A DNA stretch of 32,000 nucleotides from Propionibacterium freudenreichii subsp. freudenreichii. GTDB lineage: Bacteria; Actinomycetota; Actinomycetes; Propionibacteriales; Propionibacteriaceae. Made by a program: the position numbers and the translations under genes. Location of the stretch: the NCBI RefSeq assembly GCF_000940845.1, contig NZ_CP010341.1:390001-422000 (forward strand), written 5' to 3'. Shown here piece by piece: positions 26,349-32,000 of the stretch; position 1 is the first letter of the stretch; each line of letters opens with the position of its first letter. Below the pieces are notes generated by a model. It was not told where the DNA came from and made no database searches. It was given only the letters and a program-made list of their open reading frames with translations.

Positions 26349-27775
26349 GGCTCTTCACGAACGAGGGTGTAGCGGGTTGAGCGTGTCGGTGGCCGGGTAG
26401 GGGTCGAGGTCTCCCTGAGGATGGAAGTTCTCACACTCGCCATCTGCCGGAAGACCTCGACGTGTCACACCCTACTTTCACTACACCTTGCCTGACCACG
26501 TTCTGCGGTCTCGACGAGCTCGGCCTGGAGGCTGTCGGGCAGCGTCTGGACCCGGATCGGGCGGTGATCGAGTGCCGTGTCGTGGAGCCGGACCGGTGGT
26601 GCCGCGAGTGTGGATGCGAGGGCGCCCCGCGCGACACGGTGATCCGTCGGCTCGCGCATGAGCCGTTCGGGCATCGGCCCACGACCCTGCTGATCCGGGT
26701 CCGGCGCTACAAATGCTGCGGGTGTGGGCGGGTCTGGCGGCAGGACACCACGGCCGCCGCGCCGGTACGGGCGAAGATCTCCCGCGGTGGGTTGGCGTGG
26801 GGGCTGGCGGGCTTGGTCCTCGATCATCTCTCGGTCACGCGTGTCGCGGCAGGGCTGGGGGTGTCCTGGTCCGCCGCGAACGACGCGATCCTCGCCGAGG
26901 GCCGCCGGCGGCTGATCGATGACCCGGCGCGGTTCGAGGGCGTGACCACGATCGGCGTCGACGAGCACGTGTGGCGACACACCCGCCACGGCGACACGTA
27001 CGTGACCGTGATCATCGACCTGACCCCGGTGCGCGACAAGACCGGCCCGGCACGGCTGCTGGACATGGTCGCCGGACGCTCGAAAGCCGTGTTCAAGACC
27101 TGGCTCGCCGCCAGACCGAAGCCCTGGCGAGAGGGGATCGAGGTCGTCGCCATGGACGGATTCACCGGGTTCAAGACCGCCGCCGCCGAAGAACTGCCCG
27201 ACGCGGCCCCGGTCATGGATCCGTTCCACGTGATCCGGCTCGCCGGTGACGCGCTGGAGAACTGCCGACGCCGGGTACAGCACGACGTCTTCGGCCGGCG
27301 GGGCATGAAGGGCGATCCGCTCTACCAGGCCAGACGGACCCTGCTCACCGGTGCCGGTCTGCTCACCGACAAGCAGCAGGCGCGGCTAGATGCCCTGTTC
27401 GCCGACGACAGGCACGTCGAGGTCGAAGCGACGTGGGGCATCTACCAAGACATGATCACCGCCTACCGGGACAAGGACCGCGGCCTGGGCAGATTCTTCC
27501 TCGCGCACACGATCGACAAGATCAGCGCCAGCGTCCCGGAGCAGCTCGTCGAGATCCGCAAACTCGCCCGCACCCTCACACAGCGCGCTTCGGACGTGCT
27601 CGGCTACTTCGACCGCCCCGGCACCAGCAACGGCCCCACCGAAGCGATCAACGGCCGACTCGAACACCTCCGCGGCACGGCCCTCGGCTTCCGCAACCTC
27701 AGCCACTACATCGCTCGGTCGCTGCTCGAAGCCGGCGGATTCAGACCCGCGCTACACCCTCGTTCGTGAAGAGCC
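26349..27775 (+). mobile_element. ISL3-family insertion sequence, copy C (1427 bp), inserted in the CRISPR array
   Basis: It has the same 26-bp perfect IRs as copy A. It is flanked by an 8-bp direct repeat GGCAATCT (26341-26348 and 27776-27783), which is the last 6 nt of a repeat plus the first 2 nt of the spacer. Confidence 0.95.
26462..27769 (+). CDS. ISL3-family transposase (435 aa), 2 aa different from the copy A enzyme
   Basis: The translation is identical to 8849-10156 except GDPLYQ versus GDPPYQ and LFADDRH versus LFVDDRH. Confidence 0.95.
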   Translation: MSHPTFTTPCLTTFCGLDELGLEAVGQRLDPDRAVIECRVVEPDRWCRECGCEGAPRDTVIRRLAHEPFGHRPTTLLIRVRRYKCCGCGRVWRQDTTAAAPVRAKISRGGLAWGLAGLVLDHLSVTRVAAGLGVSWSAANDAILAEGRRRLIDDPARFEGVTTIGVDEHVWRHTRHGDTYVTVIIDLTPVRDKTGPARLLDMVAGRSKAVFKTWLAARPKPWREGIEVVAMDGFTGFKTAAAEELPDAAPVMDPFHVIRLAGDALENCRRRVQHDVFGRRGMKGDPLYQARRTLLTGAGLLTDKQQARLDALFADDRHVEVEATWGIYQDMITAYRDKDRGLGRFFLAHTIDKISASVPEQLVEIRKLARTLTQRASDVLGYFDRPGTSNGPTEAINGRLEHLRGTALGFRNLSHYIARSLLEAGGFRPALHPRS

Positions 27776-27818
27776 GGCAATCTCGGGTCGCCGCGCAGGT
27801 CGCTGCTCGGGACGCTGC

Positions 27819-29521
27819 GCCTCAATGAAGGGCCCCTCCAGAAGGAGGGGCAATTGGTTTCCTGTGAGCGTGTTGTAGGCGCTCTGATAGCCGCCTCAAT
27901 GAAGGGCCCCTCCAGAAGGAGGGGCAATACCGAACATGCCCTCAGCGCCATAACGCGACTTCGCGCCTCAATGAAGGGCCCCTCCAGAAGGAGGGGCAAT
28001 TCTGGCTGTGGCACCTATGCGAAGGATGCCTTGGGCCTCAATGAAGGGCCCCTCCAGAAGGAGGGGCAATATTTTGCTCACCCCCTTTCATCAAAAAACT
28101 GAATGCCTCAATGAAGGGCCCCTCCAGAAGGAGGGGCAATAATCCTTTCTCCCCTTTCACGCAGTTCGATGAATGGCCTCAATGAAGGGCCCCTCCAGAA
28201 GGAGGGGCAATTGGTGGAGCTTCCCCCTTGACATCGCGAATACTATGGCCGCCTCAATGAAGGGCCCCTCCAGAAGGAGGGGCAATTCGCAAGCTATCCA
28301 GGCGAACGCCACCATGACGTCCCGGCCTCAATGAAGGGCCCCTCCAGAAGGAGGGGCAATATGAGGACCTTCTCGAAGCTCGGGTTGATCAGCAAGCCTC
28401 AATGAAGGGCCCCTCCAGAAGGAGGGGCAATTTGACCTCGTCGGCACCGAACTTCGTCGCCACCCAGTTGCCTCAATGAAGGGCCCCTCCAGAAGGAGGG
28501 GCAATGATGGAACGAACAATGCTCGAGCGAGACCTGGAGTTGCCTCAATGAAGGGCCCCTCCAGAAGGAGGGGCAATGAACCGTGTGGCGACACATCGAG
28601 GAGCACGGTGACGGGCCTCAATGAAGGGCCCCTCCAGAAGGAGGGGCAATCGGCCGCGAGGGCTTCGAGTATCAGGCGAGCTTCGGTGAGCCTCAATGAA
28701 GGGCCCCTCCAGAAGGAGGGGCAATTCTAGCCAGACGATCACGATCTGTGGCGGCATCGTCGCCTCAATGAAGGGCCCCTCCAGAAGGAGGGGCAATCCC
28801 ATCACCTCCGACACGTAGGCCGTCCATGACTTGCCTCAATGAAGGGCCCCTCCAGAAGGAGGGGCAATGTCTCAGGGGCGCAGATGATGACTCGTCGTCT
28901 TCATTGCCTCAATGAAGGGCCCCTCCAGAAGGAGGGGCAATTGTGGGCCAGCGTGGTGGTCAGCGACTTGACCGACGCGCCTCAATGAAGGGCCCCTCCA
29001 GAAGGAGGGGCAATAATCTGAAGCCATAGAGAGTCGCATGCCGCCCTCAGAGCCTCAATGAAGGGCCCCTCCAGAAGGAGGGGCAATGATCCACATGGTA
29101 GACCGGCGACTCATGATGCCCATCCGCCTCAATGAAGGGCCCCTCCAGAAGGAGGGGCAATCGGGGTGTCGCCTGGGATGCCGCTCGATGTTCCGGCCTC
29201 AATGAAGGGCCCCTCCAGAAGGAGGGGCAATCCGCATCTATGACACCCAGTTCGCCACGGAATACATGCCTCAATGAAGGGCCCCTCCAGAAGGAGGGGC
29301 AATCAGTTCGATCATTACATCGAAGGTCTTATCGAAAAGCCTCAATGAAGGGCCCCTCCAGAAGGAGGGGCAATGGTTGCGTTACTCGTGCGTCCTGGCA
29401 CTTGGCATTGGCCTCAATGAAGGGCCCCTCCAGAAGGAGGGGCAATTTGAGGACCAGAGGCGTTCCCATACTAGTCGTAGCTTCAGCCTCAATGAAGGGC
29501 CCCTCCAGAAGGAGGGGCAAT
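27819..29521 (-). CRISPR. CRISPR array, leader-proximal block: 24 perfect repeats and 23 complete spacers, plus the remainder of the interrupted spacer at 27784-27818
   Basis: The 36-bp repeat is the same, and all 24 copies are identical to the consensus by eye. Spacers are 34-39 bp. The last repeat ends at 29521, 178 bp from the cas2 stop. Confidence 0.97.
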
Positions 29522-29699
29522 GGCGGGCGTGGGAACAGGGCTCCCACTAGGCATTATACCGGCCGCCTGCGAGCGGTGCTGAAGAAGGATGGCTCGCGCG
29601 TGGAGGATTGATGACCCCTTCAGCGCAATCTGCTTGTGACAAGGGGAAACATCACGCGAGCGGCTCCGCGTGACAACCGGGCCGCAGAGCCGCTGGTCG
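29522..29699 (-). promoter_or_regulatory. putative CRISPR leader
   Basis: This 178-bp non-coding stretch lies between the cas2 stop (29700) and the first perfect repeat. Repeat degeneration at the opposite end of the array supports this end as the leader. No promoter motifs were identified. Confidence 0.6.
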
Positions 29700-30002
29700 T
29701 CAGATGATGATGCTGCGTCCGCCGCTCTGGTACCTCTGACCGCCCAACCAGGTGATGCGTTGGGCGTCTGCCGACGTGGACATGCCCAGGTCGCAGATCA
29801 CCACCGAGTCCTCATCAATATCCATCGCGTCGGTGAGATCGTGGCGTAGCACCAGCAGGTGTGACGGCGGACAATCAACCATGAATACGCTGTACTGCAC
29901 ACGCTCCCCGTAGCCCTTCAGTACCGTGGCCAACCTGGTGCGACGACGGTCATCGGGCACGTCGTAGGCGATCAGAAAGCAATGGGAATCTCGTCGGCTC
30001 AT
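29700..30002 (-). CDS. cas2: CRISPR-associated endoribonuclease Cas2
   Basis: The 100-aa protein has the typical N-terminus FLIAYDVPDDRRRTRLATVLKGYGERVQYSVFMVD. Its ATG overlaps the cas4-cas1 stop (ATGA at 29999-30002). Confidence 0.9.
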   Translation of the reverse strand: MSRRDSHCFLIAYDVPDDRRRTRLATVLKGYGERVQYSVFMVDCPPSHLLVLRHDLTDAMDIDEDSVVICDLGMSTSADAQRITWLGGQRYQSGGRSIII

Positions 30003-31600
30003 CTGACCGTCATTCCTATATACTCAGATCGCGTGCCGTCAATGAATCCCAATAACAAGCGTGCCTGGATCTCCATCGTCCTTCGCCAGGTGGCCGGGTA
30101 GCCGAACGTTGGATGCTTGATGTCGGTTGTCACCCGGCGTTCGTATGCCGAGGTGAGTGCGGCGATCCCTGCCCGGGTGAGGCGGACGTCCCCCAGAGTG
30201 TGGGAGAACATATCCGCGGTGAGCGTCTGGTTATTGATGCAGGTGATCACCGCGGAATCCGCCACAGGTGCGCGGAACTCCTCCATGAGGTCCAAGGCCA
30301 ATGCAGGCTTGTTCCGGCTGGGCGAGTGCAGAAACCCGCCATGCGGGTCCAAACCACATGCAGCGATCGCACGAACACAGTCTGCGAGCAGCATTCCATA
30401 GGCGTAATTCAGCGCAGCATTGAGCGGGTCGATCGCGCCCCGACCATGCCGGCCGGGCCATTCGTCGAGGAAGTCCTGCGCCGAGTCCGACTTGAGTATC
30501 AACGGGAACTCAGAAAAGTACGCCTTCGCCGCCCGTCCTTCGACGGCGAAGAGTTCAGGCAGGCTCTCGACCCTCATGGCTACCCGACTGAGCTCGCGGA
30601 TCTCCTGGGGAGCGGTGGCTGCCGCGGCGTTCCTGCGCAGGAGGGTCGCTTGGTTGATCAACTTCGCGCGCACAATGGCCCGCGCGACCGGCAGACAGCC
30701 CACCTCCGAGAGGGCCTGCTGATGCATCCGCGCCTGCCCATTGGGGGCCGCAGCTCCGGTGGCCCAGCCCACCACGCGGCCGCGCCCGCTGCACCAGACG
30801 ATCGTCAATCGACGCCACAGAATCTCCCGAATGAGCGCGCCAGAAACATCCACATTGCCGTGGAGCACAAGCCCCTGCACACGTTCGAGTGGAACGGCGG
30901 CGAGTTGCTCACCCTGGCGTGTGATGCGTATCTGCCGGTCGCGCATCGATAGCCTCGCGCCGGGTGTGACGGCGTGCAGAATCTCCCCGTGGGGATCGGC
31001 CACCGAGATGCGGCGCTTGAGCTCCCCTCCGTTGTGGACCTGCTCGTCAGGCAAGCAAATCGTGGCGTGTGAGCACCCATTGCAGCGGCTGTCGTCGAGC
31101 AGCGGCGGGGGCGCAGAGTCTGCCTCCACCACCTTGCGTGTTTCTGTCACCCAATCGCGGCACGCCTCGCGGGCCTCAGCACCCAGGGGAACCGGAACAT
31201 CCTTGTGATGATTCACAAAGTGCACCACCCCGCTCGTGACGTGATGACCCATCTCCTCCAGGCACATGGACTGCAACCCGACCTGCACGGCCTGGGCAGG
31301 GGTGATCTCTGCTTTCCTGCGCACCGGGGTGGACTTGTATTCGACCACCGACAGGCCATCGGACGAGACTTCCACCACGTCACAGCGGCCCGTGATGCCC
31401 AGCGATTCACTGTGCACCGACACTGCGCGCCGCACCTCGGGCCGTGACTCAGCAGGCTGGTCCACGCGCCGGTGTGCGAGCGTGCCGGCCGTCATTGCAT
31501 AGCTATCGGCCTGCTCGCCCTGGGCCTCCAACCAAGCCCGCCGCGGACAGAACACGGTGTGGGCCACCAGGCTGATCGGCAGCTTGTCATCACCAGACAT
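29999..31600 (-). CDS. cas4-cas1: Cas4-Cas1 fusion protein (adaptation module)
   Basis: The N-terminal ~190 aa have Cas4/RecB-like features: an N-terminal Cys (VFCPRRAWLE), CDVVEVSSDGLSVVEYK, and the Cys cluster CNGCSHATIC. The C-terminal ~330 aa are Cas1-like (NAALNYAYGMLLADCVRAIAACGLDPHGGFLH, ALDLMEEFRAPVADS). Confidence 0.9.
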   Translation of the reverse strand: MSGDDKLPISLVAHTVFCPRRAWLEAQGEQADSYAMTAGTLAHRRVDQPAESRPEVRRAVSVHSESLGITGRCDVVEVSSDGLSVVEYKSTPVRRKAEITPAQAVQVGLQSMCLEEMGHHVTSGVVHFVNHHKDVPVPLGAEAREACRDWVTETRKVVEADSAPPPLLDDSRCNGCSHATICLPDEQVHNGGELKRRISVADPHGEILHAVTPGARLSMRDRQIRITRQGEQLAAVPLERVQGLVLHGNVDVSGALIREILWRRLTIVWCSGRGRVVGWATGAAAPNGQARMHQQALSEVGCLPVARAIVRAKLINQATLLRRNAAAATAPQEIRELSRVAMRVESLPELFAVEGRAAKAYFSEFPLILKSDSAQDFLDEWPGRHGRGAIDPLNAALNYAYGMLLADCVRAIAACGLDPHGGFLHSPSRNKPALALDLMEEFRAPVADSAVITCINNQTLTADMFSHTLGDVRLTRAGIAALTSAYERRVTTDIKHPTFGYPATWRRTMEIQARLLLGFIDGTRSEYIGMTVR

Positions 31601-32000
31601 CAGCGTCCTCCTGAAAGGGATGCAGGGTGCCCCGGAGCAGCGTGCGTTCGGGGGCGCTGTCGTTGTCGGACTTGTCCAGTGGAAAGCTGCACGCGCCGAT
31701 CACCCCGCGTCTCACCAAGAGCTGTCTGGCGTCCACGGACCGGACGGGATCATCCGAGAAGGCTGACAACAGCTCCCGACTACGTGCCAGGGCCGTCCAC
31801 AGCACCGGCGAGATCGGATCGGCAACCACCGGGACCACCAGCAGCCGCGGATACGATCGCGCGGGCGGCACCGCACCCGCCGTGGCACTCACCCCGATGC
31901 TCTTGGGCACCAGCGTGAACGCGCTGATACCCCATAAGGAGCACCAGGCCAACGCATTGTCCGTGGGTCCCGGTGAGCTGAGCCCGGTAGGGGTTCGCGA
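31590..32000 (-). CDS. C-terminal 136 codons of an upstream gene in the cas operon (possibly the type I-G Cas5/Cas6-type subunit); N-terminus off-window
   Basis: The frame is open to base 32000 with no stop upstream of the annotated TTG. There is an 11-nt overlap with the cas4-cas1 start. Assignment rests on position only; I recognise no diagnostic motif. Confidence 0.35.
   Translation of the reverse strand, partial: SRTPTGLSSPGPTDNALAWCSLWGISAFTLVPKSIGVSATAGAVPPARSYPRLLVVPVVADPISPVLWTALARSRELLSAFSDDPVRSVDARQLLVRRGVIGACSFPLDKSDNDSAPERTLLRGTLHPFQEDADVW

Noticed and set aside
8843-27775. Copies A and C as the arms of a composite transposon, or evidence of a past inversion between them
   Set aside because: The outer flanks (AGGCCCAC and GGCAATCT) do not form a duplication, so there is no sign of en-bloc transposition. 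Copy C keeps its own matching 8-bp duplication, which an A/C inversion would have split.
23459-29611. Dozens of track ORFs on both strands with recurring peptides (PLLLEGPFIEA, CPSFWRGPSLR, LNEGPLQKEGQ, SMKGPSRRRGN), which look like a repeat-protein family
   Set aside because: They are translations of the 36-bp CRISPR repeat in different frames, joined by random spacer sequence. The periodicity equals the repeat-spacer unit, so they are not coding.

Overview
High-GC, actinobacterial-looking accessory region. A Propionibacterium-like origin is my guess from the IS content and the CRISPR type, and I cannot verify it. The window reads as an IS-eroded defence island next to a very large CRISPR array.

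Left to right:
- A partial IS3-family element abuts the 3' remnant of a type ISP restriction-modification gene.
- That remnant is translationally coupled to a two-gene module: a HipA-family core kinase plus a HipS-like/HIRAN protein. This is my best candidate for a poorly or never characterised system.
- A low-GC cargo gene sits beside a small serine recombinase.
- An unknown two-gene operon follows.
- Two different ISL3-family elements lie back to back.
- Next is a SauUSI-like type IV restriction enzyme with PLD nuclease, SF2 helicase and DUF3427-like regions.
- An IS481-family element follows.
- Housekeeping-type genes come next: a Dcu C4-dicarboxylate transporter, a secreted DUF1524/HNH-type nuclease lipoprotein, a decayed zinc-dehydrogenase pseudogene and an MmpS-like protein.
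- The CRISPR array has 66 repeats of 36 bp and 65 spacers. It is read on the minus strand from a leader next to cas2 and a cas4-cas1 fusion, which is consistent with type I-G (formerly I-U). The effector genes lie beyond the window.
- A third ISL3 copy, near-identical to the first, is inserted at a repeat/spacer junction with an intact 8-bp target duplication and splits the array 24 + 42.

Five IS copies from three families occupy about one fifth of the window. Most ORF-track entries inside the array, and those antisense to real genes, are artefacts.
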